Below, piece after piece: positions 37,518 through 48,730 of a stretch of 64,000 nt of DNA. Numbering within the stretch: the first letter of the stretch is position 1; every line of letters begins with the position of its first letter. A program made the position numbers and the translations under genes. The notes below the pieces were generated by a model. That model saw only the letters and a list, made by a program, of their open reading frames with translations. It had not been told where the DNA came from and did no database searches. This stretch comes from Planctomycetota bacterium (GTDB lineage Bacteria > Planctomycetota > JAJSAM01 > JAJVHW01), in assembly GCA_965248445.1 (NCBI GenBank), contig CBDFJG010000004.1:128001-192000 (forward strand), read 5' to 3'.

Positions 37518-39115
37518 TCGTTCCACGTGCCGTCCTCCTCGATCACGAGCACACCCAGATCGCGCACGAGCTGCAGTCGCGCCGTCTCGACGTTCGTCTG
37601 CTCCCTGACGTGCCGGTCGCTCGCATCGGTCAGGCCGGTCAAGGCGTCGGTCAAGTCGTTGATGCCGATCTCGCCCTGCTCGAAGCGTAGTCTCGCCACC
37701 TTCGCGTTCTTTTCCTCGCTCGCCACGATCTGCTCCTGGATCGCCAGGCTGTTCGTGGCCGACCGCAGGTCTCGCAGCGACTCGCGGACCTCGAGGATCA
37801 CGTTGTCTTCGAGCAGAGCCAAGCTCCGGCGGGCGCGGGAGACCGAGATCTTCGCTGACCGGAGTGCTCCACGCTCACGGACGCGGTCCAGAGGAAGCTC
37901 GAGCGACACGCCCACCGAGTACGAATCGCGGTCGAGAGTCAGGTCGTTGATGCGGCGCTCGGTGTCCCGGCGGGTCCGCACCGCCTCGAGTTCCAGCGAC
38001 GGCAGCAGATCCCGCTCCGCGATGCGCAGGCGGCGCTCGGAGTCCTCGACCTGATTGCGGCTCGTCATCACATCCAGCCTGTTCCGCAGCGCCACGTTGA
38101 TCGCGTCTTCGAGGTCGAGGTCCATCGCGCGCGGGTCGGGGATCTCGTCTAGAACGTCGAACTGCACCGCGGACTCGATCCCGAGCAGGATCTTGAACCG
38201 GTCAAGGCGCGCGGCGAACTCCTGCGTCGCATCGATGAGGGCGTTCTCGGAGGTCAGGTACTCGCGCGCCGCTCGGAACTTGTCCACCTCGGAGACGCGG
38301 CCGACTTCGAACAGGCGCACCGAGCGCTTCTGCAGGAACTCAAAGTTCTCCAGTGAGACCTCGCGGTTCGTGATGACCGCCTTCTGCGAAACCAGCGAGT
38401 AGAACTCGCGCTGCACGCGAAGAGCTAGGTCCTGGCGCTGCAGTTCGAAGTTGCGGACGTCGTAGAGCGCCTGCCGCTCAGCATCTGTGAGGGCCTCGTG
38501 CGACGCCTCGTACCCCGCGTCCCGCAGCAGCGGCTGTGTGAGACGGAGAGAGATCGACCCGTCGGCAGAGGAGTTCTCCGCGGTGAACGCGCGCGAGCCG
38601 CGGCCGTGACCCCGGTCCACGTCGCCGGTCAGGCTGAGTTCGCCTCCAGTCGGCAGGAGGTCCGTTGCGGAAAGCGACACACCCTGCTCCTCGGACTGCT
38701 CGGCGTCGTCGCTGCCCGCGAGCAGGTACGAGATCGAGCCGGCCAGTCGCACGCCGACGTCGCGCTCGGCGTTGCGCAACGAGACCGCCGAGAGTTGGAG
38801 GCCCTCGCGCGCCTGGATGAGGTCGCGATTCCGCAGAGCGGCGATGCGCAGCGCGTCCTCCAGGCCGACGACCGGCGGCAGCTCGACGTCAGGCAGTTCG
38901 CGGCCCGCGCGCTCCGCCGTCGCGGTCGCGGCGCGGGCCGTGGCGCGCTCCTCGCGCACCTGCGCGTCGAGCCGGTCGAGGATCTCGGCTGTCTCGACGC
39001 GGCTCTTCTCGAGCATGCTCGCGGCGCAGCCCGTCAGCGCCACGGACACGACCGTCGCAGCCAGGGCGCGAGCGAGCGCGCCGACCCGTCCCTTTTCACC
39101 GCGTGCGGAGGCCAT
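37514..39115 (-). CDS. TolC family outer membrane efflux protein
   Basis: LTGC lipobox; L.DA...A..RN; LTQPLLR; LLPSL; LELPL; RFEQG. Confidence 0.9.
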   Translation of the reverse strand: MASARGEKGRVGALARALAATVVSVALTGCAASMLEKSRVETAEILDRLDAQVREERATARAATATAERAGRELPDVELPPVVGLEDALRIAALRNRDLIQAREGLQLSAVSLRNAERDVGVRLAGSISYLLAGSDDAEQSEEQGVSLSATDLLPTGGELSLTGDVDRGHGRGSRAFTAENSSADGSISLRLTQPLLRDAGYEASHEALTDAERQALYDVRNFELQRQDLALRVQREFYSLVSQKAVITNREVSLENFEFLQKRSVRLFEVGRVSEVDKFRAAREYLTSENALIDATQEFAARLDRFKILLGIESAVQFDVLDEIPDPRAMDLDLEDAINVALRNRLDVMTSRNQVEDSERRLRIAERDLLPSLELEAVRTRRDTERRINDLTLDRDSYSVGVSLELPLDRVRERGALRSAKISVSRARRSLALLEDNVILEVRESLRDLRSATNSLAIQEQIVASEEKNAKVARLRFEQGEIGINDLTDALTGLTDASDRHVREQTNVETARLQLVRDLGVLVIEEDGTWNE

Positions 39116-39164
39116 CCGGGCATTGGACGACCCCCTCGCAGAGCCATGCCACGGAAAAGCCGGC

Positions 39165-40535
39165 TCAGCGGGCGATGCGATGGACTCGGTACTCACGGCC
39201 GTCCCGGAGCACCTCGTACGCGGTCCCGCCGAGCGACACCGTGCCTGGCGGGAACTCGGCCAGGCGGTGGATCAGGAACTCCGGCGCAGGATCCGAGTCG
39301 CGGGCACGGATCACCCTGCGATCGAAGCCGAGCGCCCACTGAACCTCCGGCGCGACGCAAGCGGTGCGCTTGCGGATGCCGGGAACCTCGGCCACGGCGC
39401 GCAAGACCTCGTTCTCCCACGCACCGTGGCGCGGATCGTTCACGACGGTGTGGACGACGTGCACGACCCCGATCACCGCGAGAAGCAGCGGCACCAGCGC
39501 GCACCACGCCAGCTTGTCCACGCGCACCCGCGGCGTTGCCACCGCCGGGATCGTCGCCAGTGCAAGAGCCGGCAGCAGCCAGACCCCGAGAGGATCGCGG
39601 ATACCGGGGGCCGCCAAGAGGAACGTCGCTACGCCGCCGGCCGCGTACACGGACACGACCCGCCGGGAGCCGCGGGTCTTTGCACAGTGCACGACGCCGG
39701 TGATCGCCGTCGCCACGGCGACCGCGGTCAGTGCGACGTCGAACCAGCGTCCCGCCGCGATCAGGTCGAGGATGTTACGGAGAAAGCCGCCGGCCGGGAC
39801 GTTCGTCAGCCCGTCCAACCAGTCGTTCACGAGCTTCGCGTACGAGCCACGATAGCCCAGGACGGAGAGGGCGCCGGCGCCGGCCGCCGCGAGCCACGGC
39901 AGAGCGAAGACAACCGGCATGTCCCGCGCGACGCGGTCGTGCGAACCGAACCACAGCGCCGCGATCGCCGCCATCCCCATCAGCAGACCAGCAGGATGGA
40001 TGACCGCCCCGGTGGCCAGGAACCCGTGCGCGACGAAGATCCACATGCTCTCTTGCGTGTCCCGCCATCTCAGATGGAGGTGCAGCGCGGCACACACGAG
40101 CAACAGGCCCAGGGCGGCGGGGTGGATCGTGGCGGCGGCCAGTAACAGCGGCAGCGAGAGCGCCGTCAGGAGCAACGAGAATCGCGAGCCCGACGGATCC
40201 GAGCCGATCCGTTTCAACACCACGGAGAGGATGAAGACCGCGGCAAGTGCGGAGAGCGCCCCCAGCACGCGCCCCCAGATCACGTTGATCCCGGTCGGCG
40301 CGAACCAGGCAGCCAGCAGGACGGCGTAGCCCTCTCGGAATGCCGCGTGGAGAGGCCTGCCGCCCCTCCCGTCGACACCCAGCGCCATGAAAGCGCCGTC
40401 TTCACGAAACGTCGCAGCCGGCCCGGTCACCACGGCCTCGATCGCCTGCGGTGCCTCGAATCCTGCGAGCGCGATGCACAGCAGGGCCGCTACTGCGAGT
40501 GACGAATACACGGTCGGGGGTGTCGGGAGCCGCAC
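39165..40535 (-). CDS. Hypothetical polytopic membrane protein (possibly GT-C/ArnT-like)
   Basis: Many TM helices, acidic ED in first loop, GR...A..A pattern; weak family call. Confidence 0.5.
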   Translation of the reverse strand: MRLPTPPTVYSSLAVAALLCIALAGFEAPQAIEAVVTGPAATFREDGAFMALGVDGRGGRPLHAAFREGYAVLLAAWFAPTGINVIWGRVLGALSALAAVFILSVVLKRIGSDPSGSRFSLLLTALSLPLLLAAATIHPAALGLLLVCAALHLHLRWRDTQESMWIFVAHGFLATGAVIHPAGLLMGMAAIAALWFGSHDRVARDMPVVFALPWLAAAGAGALSVLGYRGSYAKLVNDWLDGLTNVPAGGFLRNILDLIAAGRWFDVALTAVAVATAITGVVHCAKTRGSRRVVSVYAAGGVATFLLAAPGIRDPLGVWLLPALALATIPAVATPRVRVDKLAWCALVPLLLAVIGVVHVVHTVVNDPRHGAWENEVLRAVAEVPGIRKRTACVAPEVQWALGFDRRVIRARDSDPAPEFLIHRLAEFPPGTVSLGGTAYEVLRDGREYRVHRIAR

Positions 40536-40541
40536 GGCGCG

Positions 40542-40562
40542 GGATGCTACCGCGTAGCATCC
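40542..40562. promoter_or_regulatory. Symmetric bidirectional promoter with two TAGCAT -10 boxes
   Basis: GGATGCTAC-CGC-GTAGCATCC palindrome fills most of the 31-nt gap between divergent genes. Confidence 0.6.
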
Positions 40563-40566
40563 GCCG

Positions 40567-41772
40567 GTGCGCAGCGTTGAGATCGCCAAGAAGGACGCCC
40601 GAGCCATCGCCCGGGGCCACCCGTGGGTGTACCGCCAGGCCCTCACGAGGCGCCCGAAGGGCCTCGACACCGGCGATTCCGTGGACGTCGCCACGCCGGT
40701 CCGGCCGTTCCTCGGGCGCGGGCTGTACGACGCAGACTCCACGGTGGCGGTCCGTGTCTTCACCCGCCGGGACGACGAACCGATCGACCGCGCTCTCTTT
40801 GCACGTCGGATCGAGAGCGCTCAGCGCCTGCGCGACGCCACGGGTGTGGCCGGCCGCACGGACGCCTACCGGATGGTGAACGCCGAGGGCGACCGGTTCC
40901 CGGGGCTCATTGTTGATCGCTTGGGCGACTGGCTGTCCGTGACCTACCAGACCAGATCACTGGAGCCCTGGACGGACGACATCGCAGCGGCGCTGACCGA
41001 GGCCGTGCCGTGCGAGGGGGTCTACCTGCACGACGCTGACGGAGTCCGCCTGTTGCACGGCGCACCCTGCCCGGACGGGCTCGTCGTGCGTGAACCGACG
41101 CTGCGAGCGCGGGTCTTTCCGGGCGGAATGGGAAAGAAGGACGAGGGCGGCAAGACGGGCCTCTTCGCGGACATGCGCGAAGTGCGTGTGCTGCTCGCCC
41201 CGATGCTCGCAGGACGACGCGTTCTGAATCTGTTCGCCCACACCGGTGCCTTCAGTGCTGCTGCAGCGCGTGCCGGGGCGTCTGAGGTCACGTCCGTGGA
41301 TCTCTCCAGCCCCTACCTCGCCGTGGCCGACGAGAACGTGGAGTTGTCCGCCCCCGGTTACGCGGCTCACACGGCGCTCAAGCGCGACGCGTTCGACGCG
41401 CTGAAGGACTTCGCACGCGAGGACCGCACGTTCGACGCCGTCGTCATCGACCCGCCCTCGTTCAGCGCATCCCGCCGTTCCGGCACGTTCAACATCCGTG
41501 ACCGCTACCGGCCGCTCGTCCGCAGCGCGATCCGCGTTCTCGCGCCGGACGGCCTTCTCGTGTGCGCCACGAACTTCCGCGGAATCAAACGCGATGAGTT
41601 CCTGCACCTGATCCATGACGCCGCCGACGCGGACGAGACCGATCTCCGAATCCTCGCCGTTCTCGGTCAGGCGGACGACCATCCCGTCGTGTCAGCGTTC
41701 CCCGAAGGTGCCTACCTCCACGTCGCGCTGGCCGCCGTGATCGCGCCACCGCGGTTAAAGTGGAGGCCGTGA
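40567..41772 (+). CDS. RlmI/RlmK-like SAM-dependent rRNA methyltransferase
   Basis: GHPWVY, YRMVNAEGD.FPGLIVD, KTGLFAD.R, VLNLFAHTGAFS, IDPPSF. Confidence 0.9.
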   Translation: MRSVEIAKKDARAIARGHPWVYRQALTRRPKGLDTGDSVDVATPVRPFLGRGLYDADSTVAVRVFTRRDDEPIDRALFARRIESAQRLRDATGVAGRTDAYRMVNAEGDRFPGLIVDRLGDWLSVTYQTRSLEPWTDDIAAALTEAVPCEGVYLHDADGVRLLHGAPCPDGLVVREPTLRARVFPGGMGKKDEGGKTGLFADMREVRVLLAPMLAGRRVLNLFAHTGAFSAAAARAGASEVTSVDLSSPYLAVADENVELSAPGYAAHTALKRDAFDALKDFAREDRTFDAVVIDPPSFSASRRSGTFNIRDRYRPLVRSAIRVLAPDGLLVCATNFRGIKRDEFLHLIHDAADADETDLRILAVLGQADDHPVVSAFPEGAYLHVALAAVIAPPRLKWRP

Positions 41773-44255
41773 CGTTCGGAGTGTTCTCGAAGAAGATCTC
41801 GGCGCGCTCCTGGCGGGCACGGGTGGCCCTGGCAACGCTGTGCTTTCTCGGCACCGGCGCGATCGGCGGTGTCCCGCTCGTCAACAGCGACGGCGTGCCG
41901 TTCGACTGGAACCTCGATTCGGCGCAACCGAACGTCGTGGCCGGCGAGGTGACGTACTACGTGGACCCCAGCGGCACCTCAGATTTGATCACCGGCCCCA
42001 CCACCGGACTCGATGCAGTTCGGGCGGGCATCGCTGCCTGGGAGGTGTCCACGACGCGCATCCGCTTCAGCGAGGACGCCTCGCGCACCGCGAACGGCCG
42101 CGACGGCGGCGACCGCGTGAACTGGATCGGCTGGGTGAATGGCGGTCTCGGCCGTTTCACGTTCGCGGCCACGTTCCCCACCCGCAGCGGGCAGGACATC
42201 CTGGACATGGACGTGGTGTTCAACGACCGGGACTTCTCATGGGACACGCGCGCACCCGGGATCTCTGGCGTTGCGGACATCCAGGCGCTGACCTCGCACG
42301 AGTGGGGCCACGCACTGGGACTCGACCACGTGCCGCTGCGCGCATCGACGATGTACTTCTCCGCGGAGCCCGGTTCGACGTACTTCCGCACGCTCTCGCC
42401 CGACGATACCGCGGTGGTCGGCAGCATCTACACGAACGCAGCGTTCGACCAGACAACGGGAAGCATCTCGGGGAACGTCACGCGCGCGGACGTCTCCAAC
42501 CACCTCTCCATTCACGTGATCGCGGTGTCTCTCGTCACGGGCGAACCGACGGCCTCGACGCTGACAGAGAGCGACGGCGATTTCGTGCTCCACGGCGTGC
42601 CGGCCGGCGCGTACTTCCTGCTCGCAGCGCCGACCGTCCCGCTCTCCGGTTCGATGAACGCGTTCTGGACGGACGGCCGCACGGACTTCGTGCCGGGGAT
42701 ACTGCGCCCGACGGGCACGAACCCCGGACAGGCGGGCATCGCTCTCGTGTCGGCGGGTCAGGAAACCACGGTTCCCGCGTTCACCGTGCAGAACCAGGTC
42801 GAACCGTTCGAGAGCGACGACAACCAAGGCGCGGCGACATCGATCCAGCTGGGCGACGCGGTCGGCGCGCGACTCGAGGCCGCCGGCGACAGCGACTGGT
42901 ACTCGTTCACAGCGGACGGCGGTGAACGGGTGTCGGTGTGGGTGTTCGCGTGGCACATCGGAAGCGACTCGGACCCCGAGGTCGCGCTGCTGGATCAGGT
43001 CGGAAACGTGATCGCCGAGCGGTCCGACATGCGCGCCGCCGCGCTCTTCGGACGCACGATCGAGGGGCCGGACCTCGACGCGCGACTGACGGCGGTGGAA
43101 CTGACCGGCTCCGGGACGAACACGTACTACGTGCGCGTCCGGGCGCAGGGAGGACTGACCGGCACGAACCGCTTCTACGCGCTGCTTGTCACTCCTGCGT
43201 CGGAGTCGCCGAGCGCCGCGCTGACCAGCGTGACCGCGGCGCCGCTGCGGCTGGACGCGGGCGGCATCACGACGTCGATCATCACGGTGCACCCGGTGAA
43301 GGGCACCGGCGAGGACGTCGGTACAGGCGCGACGGTGGACGTAACGAACGACGGTGGCGGGAGCCTGTCGCCCGTCACCGATTCGGGCGACGGCGACTAC
43401 CTCGCCACTCTGACGTCGGGTCCGATCGCCGCACACGACGACATCTCGGTCAGCGTCACGACGCCGGACGGCACGGCGACGCTGAACGACGTCCTCCGGA
43501 TCGTCTACCTGGGACGGCCGAGCGCTGCGCAGACCACCACTACGCTCGTGCCGCGACGCATCGCGGCGGACGGTGCCGCGACAGCCACGCTCGTCACACG
43601 TCCGCGCGACGCGCAGGGCGAGGACCTCGGGACGTCGCGGTCGGTCGTAGTGACGCCCGCGGGCGACGCAGCGGCAAGTCTGTCGGCCGACTCGGGCGAC
43701 GGCTCGTACGCGACCACGGTGACGGCGGGCACGACCAAGGGCGCCGTCGGACTCGGTGTCAACGTCGAGGGACTGGACCTCGGTGCGCTCGCGACGGTCC
43801 AACTCGGCTTCTCTCTGCGCGACGTGCTGGCGCAGGCTGTGACCGACATCGACGGGTTCGAGCAGATCGCAGACGTCCCGAGCTCCGCGTCGAAGCAGCT
43901 GACCAAGGCCCGCAAGAAGATCGAAAAGGCCGTCGAATCGCTCGATGCCGAAAACGTCAAGAAGGCGGTCGCGCGGACGAAGTCGGCGTCCAAGAAGGTC
44001 GCCAAGGCGGTCTCAAAGGGCGCGGGCACGCTGCCGGAATTGGGCACGGCGGCCGAGCTCGGCCAGGCCATTCGCGAGGCCGCGCTCGAGGCGATCGACA
44101 CGGCGATCGTGAACTCCGACTCGGACCAGGCCAAGGTCGACAAGGCCCGACTCCTCGTCCAGGACGGCGACACGATCTTCTCCGGCGGCGACCTGACGAC
44201 CGCTGTGAAGCGTTGGACGAAGGCCTACAAGAAGATCGCCAAACTCCAGCCCTAG
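41769..44255 (+). CDS. Secreted matrixin (metzincin) metalloprotease with PPC-like and Ig/invasin-like domains and helical C-terminus
   Basis: HEWGHALGLDH zinc motif, STMY Met-turn, DSDWYSF, two D.GDG.Y...T Ig-like repeats. Confidence 0.85.
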   Translation: MTFGVFSKKISARSWRARVALATLCFLGTGAIGGVPLVNSDGVPFDWNLDSAQPNVVAGEVTYYVDPSGTSDLITGPTTGLDAVRAGIAAWEVSTTRIRFSEDASRTANGRDGGDRVNWIGWVNGGLGRFTFAATFPTRSGQDILDMDVVFNDRDFSWDTRAPGISGVADIQALTSHEWGHALGLDHVPLRASTMYFSAEPGSTYFRTLSPDDTAVVGSIYTNAAFDQTTGSISGNVTRADVSNHLSIHVIAVSLVTGEPTASTLTESDGDFVLHGVPAGAYFLLAAPTVPLSGSMNAFWTDGRTDFVPGILRPTGTNPGQAGIALVSAGQETTVPAFTVQNQVEPFESDDNQGAATSIQLGDAVGARLEAAGDSDWYSFTADGGERVSVWVFAWHIGSDSDPEVALLDQVGNVIAERSDMRAAALFGRTIEGPDLDARLTAVELTGSGTNTYYVRVRAQGGLTGTNRFYALLVTPASESPSAALTSVTAAPLRLDAGGITTSIITVHPVKGTGEDVGTGATVDVTNDGGGSLSPVTDSGDGDYLATLTSGPIAAHDDISVSVTTPDGTATLNDVLRIVYLGRPSAAQTTTTLVPRRIAADGAATATLVTRPRDAQGEDLGTSRSVVVTPAGDAAASLSADSGDGSYATTVTAGTTKGAVGLGVNVEGLDLGALATVQLGFSLRDVLAQAVTDIDGFEQIADVPSSASKQLTKARKKIEKAVESLDAENVKKAVARTKSASKKVAKAVSKGAGTLPELGTAAELGQAIREAALEAIDTAIVNSDSDQAKVDKARLLVQDGDTIFSGGDLTTAVKRWTKAYKKIAKLQP

Positions 44256-44312
44256 CTCGGGCGTGCTCTCCGGCCGGGACAAAGGAACCGCCGGTCCGGT
44301 ACATACCTTCAT

Positions 44313-45278
44313 GTGAGGCACTCCCGGGTCCGGACACTCGTCGCGACGGCGCTGCTCGCTGCGCTGATCGGACTCGCGCTGCCCGACGCGGACGGCCTGG
44401 TCAGGAAACTCGGTTCGGAGCGCGCTGCAGACCGCGACGCCGCGGCCGCCGCGCTCCTCGCCCTCGGACCGGCCGCCGTCCCGGCGCTGCGGCGCGGGGC
44501 GCAGGATCGCGCTCCCTCCGTTCGAACCCGTGCTGCGGCCCTTCTCGCGCTGGCCTCCGCCGACGGCGCACAGACGGATCGTGACGACGACGCTCCTGCC
44601 CGCCTGGCGCAGAGGGCACTTGCCATCGCAGAACATCGCATGGTGCCGTCGGACCTCGTGCGCTCGCTCGGCGCGCACCCGTCCGTCCCGACGGTGGCGG
44701 CGCTGACGAAGCTCGTCCACGACGAGCGGCTGCTGCCGTCCGCCGGTGTCGCAGCAGCCCGCGCGCTGGAGCGTCACGCGGCGCTACCGCCGCTCGCTCC
44801 GCACCTGCCCGCGCTCGACGAGGCCCTCGACACCGTTGACGGGCCGTTGCGCCGCGCCGCGGCCGCGCTCGTCGGCGCGCTGGCGACCGACAATCTCGAG
44901 CCGCTGGACCGGCGCGCCGGTGACGCGCATCCTGGAGTACGCATCGAGGTCGCGCGCGCACTGGGCCGCCGCGGCCGCGAGGCGTCGCGCGTCGTGCTGG
45001 CACGGCTCGCCCGGGACGCGGACGCCGGCGTCCGCACAGCCGCACTCGAAGCGCTGGCTGCGCTACCTGGCGCACCGCATCCAGCACCCGGCTTGGACGC
45101 CGCGCACGACGACGCACCGCGCGTGCGGGCAGCGGCGGCCGCCCTGCTGGGTCGCGACGCGCTGCCCTCGTCGCTCAGTGTGCTCGCTCTGCTGGCGGAG
45201 GATCCGGAGCTGCGTGTGCGCGCTGCGGCAGCCCGCGCGCTCGATCGGATGGCCCCCCTCTTCGAGCGAGGGGACTGA
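44313..45278 (+). CDS. HEAT-repeat protein
   Basis: Repeated D....VR..A..AL motifs; N-terminal signal-like helix. Confidence 0.8.
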   Translation: MRHSRVRTLVATALLAALIGLALPDADGLVRKLGSERAADRDAAAAALLALGPAAVPALRRGAQDRAPSVRTRAAALLALASADGAQTDRDDDAPARLAQRALAIAEHRMVPSDLVRSLGAHPSVPTVAALTKLVHDERLLPSAGVAAARALERHAALPPLAPHLPALDEALDTVDGPLRRAAAALVGALATDNLEPLDRRAGDAHPGVRIEVARALGRRGREASRVVLARLARDADAGVRTAALEALAALPGAPHPAPGLDAAHDDAPRVRAAAAALLGRDALPSSLSVLALLAEDPELRVRAAAARALDRMAPLFERGD

Positions 45279-45283
45279 CCGCG

Positions 45284-46483
<1,200 letters not shown>

Positions 46484-46498
46484 CGCAGTCCGTTCGTT

Positions 46499-47865
46499 CT
46501 ACCCACACCCACTGCGGAGCGGAAGCGCACGCCGATCCGGGCGGGCTCTGACGACGCGGGTCAGATCTGCAAGCGACTCCAGTTCCCCCCGGAGTACGAG
46601 AACGGCCTTCAGTCCCGTCTTCAGATAGCTGGTGATGTTGATCGCCCACCAGACCCCCAACGCGCCTAGGCCGAGGTGAATTGCAAGCCACCAGGCGAGC
46701 GGGACGCGGGCGATGTTCAGCGGCGTCGCGCTCCAGAACCCGGTGACCGTATCTCCGGCTCCGTCGAGCACTCCGTCGAGGAGCGACTCGTAGGCGACGG
46801 CGAGTTGAGACAGCGCGAGCACGTGCGCGTACTCGGTCGCCGCGAGGTGAACCAGCGGATCCTGGGTGAAGATGCCGGTGAAGAAGCGGCCCCCGAACCA
46901 GAACGCCGCCATGGCGCCGAGTCCGAGCGCCGTCGAGAACGGGAGCGCCCGCCGGATGACCCGCCGCGCGTCCTCGGGACGTCCGGCCCCAGCGCGCGCC
47001 CGACGAACGACGCGACAGCGATCGAGAGACCGTAGAAAGTCGGCCACGTGAAACCTTCGAGAGCCGTGAACCCGACACCGAGCGCGGCGTTCACATGCGG
47101 ACCGAGCGGCGAGATCGCCACGCGCACGACGAGCCAATACACGATGGCGTACGCGGCGACGCGCAACGCCACGGGCGCCCCGACCTTCATGACCCTCTTC
47201 AGTTCGGCCGGGACGACGTAGCTGCGCTTCATCCCCGCCTCTCGCCAGAGCAACCAGAGTGCGATCGACGTCGTAACCGCTCGCGAGCCATTCGATGCGA
47301 GAGCGGCGCCCACGACTCCGAGTTCGGCATGCACTGCCAGCGCCGGGGTCAACACCATGTTCAAGAGCAGCGAGACGATGTGCAGCAGCATCGGCACGCG
47401 TCCGTTCCCCATCGAGATGAACGCGTGGTCGACGATCGGAATCAGCACCAGGGGCAGAATCGTGAACGAGAGAGTGGAGAGGTAGCGCGTGCACTCAACG
47501 TTCGTCTCGCCCCGGAGGCCGAGCGCGTCGGAGATCGCCTGTGCTCCGACGCCGCCGATCACCGTGAACAGACCCGCCAGCACGAGTCCGCCGAAGAGAC
47601 CGGCGCCGATGATGCGGCGCCGCATCTCGGGGTCACCTGCGCCGGTCGCACGCGCAACGAGTGGCGCGACGCCGGCCGCAACCAGCGCGAACGCCGCGTA
47701 GAACAGGATGAGGACGAAGATACTCGTGCCGACGGCGGCCTGCGCGGGCGTCGAGACCTGCGCCATCCAGTACTGGTCGACGAGGCGGTACCCGTTCGTC
47801 AGGACGGCGAACGCGATGCTCGGCACGGCGAGGCGAAGCAGCGCGCGGGTGGTGACCTGGTCCAC
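46499..47865 (-). pseudogene. MATE family efflux transporter with frameshift near 46987-46990
   Basis: MATE N-terminal part in ORF 46717-47865, C-terminal part in ORF 46499-47494; one extra G in the GGGG run restores ...VGRALGAGRPEDARR; may be a sequencing error. Confidence 0.85.
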
Positions 47866-47911
47866 CGCGGCGGTGTAGCAGGGGGTGCCGCCGCCGCGGC
47901 GCGAATCCGCG

Positions 47912-48643
47912 TCAGAGCGAGTAGAGGGTCAGGCGGAACGGGAACCACCGCTCGCCGCCATCAGGCCCCTCGAGCCGGCGTGCCACGCGGGTCGCTGCCT
48001 CGAGCGTGGGGAGGAGGCCGTGCGCGTTGGTGCCGTCCGAGGCGTCCGGCCGAATGCCGCGGGCGGCGCTCTCGACCATCCACGAGTGCAGCTCCCCGCC
48101 GTACGGGCGGTACACGTCCCAGCCGAGTTCCTCGCCCCCGGACTCAGGCGCCGTGCGGCCGAGCGGCAGCCGGGCGAAGCCCGAGATGCCGCCGTCGGCA
48201 GCCAGCACGGCGTCGGCCAGCTCCTCGGGGAGCTCCAGTCCAAGCACCGCGATGCCGTGTGGCGGGCGTCCCACGTTGCGCAACACTCTGCGCACGGCGT
48301 CGAGCGAGGTGAACGTCGACGGCGACTCGAAGTCACCGCGCGCGGTCGCGGCCGCGAGCACCTCGGCCAGATCGGCGGACCCGCTGCTGTCCAGCCCGAT
48401 CCGCTCGAGGTCGGCCGAGAGCGCCCACAGGAGCTTGCCCTGCGCGGCGTCGGCGTACCCCGCGAAGCGGCCGTGCGGGACGTCGGCCGCCTCCAGCCAG
48501 CCGGCCGGAACCGCGGGAAGGACCGGCGCGACGAAGTCCGAAGCAGAGATCATCCGCGCCGGAAACGAGTCGTCGAGGTAGTCAGGACGATCGATCCAGC
48601 GGGTGAGCACATACCCCGCGGAGACCGTCGTGCAGACCTGCAT
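47912..48643 (-). CDS. Hypothetical protein
   Basis: Coding-like frame (ELGWDV...HSW...NAHGLL); start uncertain. Confidence 0.55.
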   Translation of the reverse strand: MQVCTTVSAGYVLTRWIDRPDYLDDSFPARMISASDFVAPVLPAVPAGWLEAADVPHGRFAGYADAAQGKLLWALSADLERIGLDSSGSADLAEVLAAATARGDFESPSTFTSLDAVRRVLRNVGRPPHGIAVLGLELPEELADAVLAADGGISGFARLPLGRTAPESGGEELGWDVYRPYGGELHSWMVESAARGIRPDASDGTNAHGLLPTLEAATRVARRLEGPDGGERWFPFRLTLYSL

Positions 48644-48730
48644 GCGCCGAAGCATCGGGGATTGCCGCGCGCCGCCGCCAGCATCGAATCCGAAGCGGCA
48701 AGAACGTCTCGTTCCGAATACCCTGCGACG

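Noticed and set aside
34020..39115. MacAB-TolC-like cassette as a novel system
   Set aside because: Standard tripartite ABC exporter organisation; the substrate cannot be inferred.
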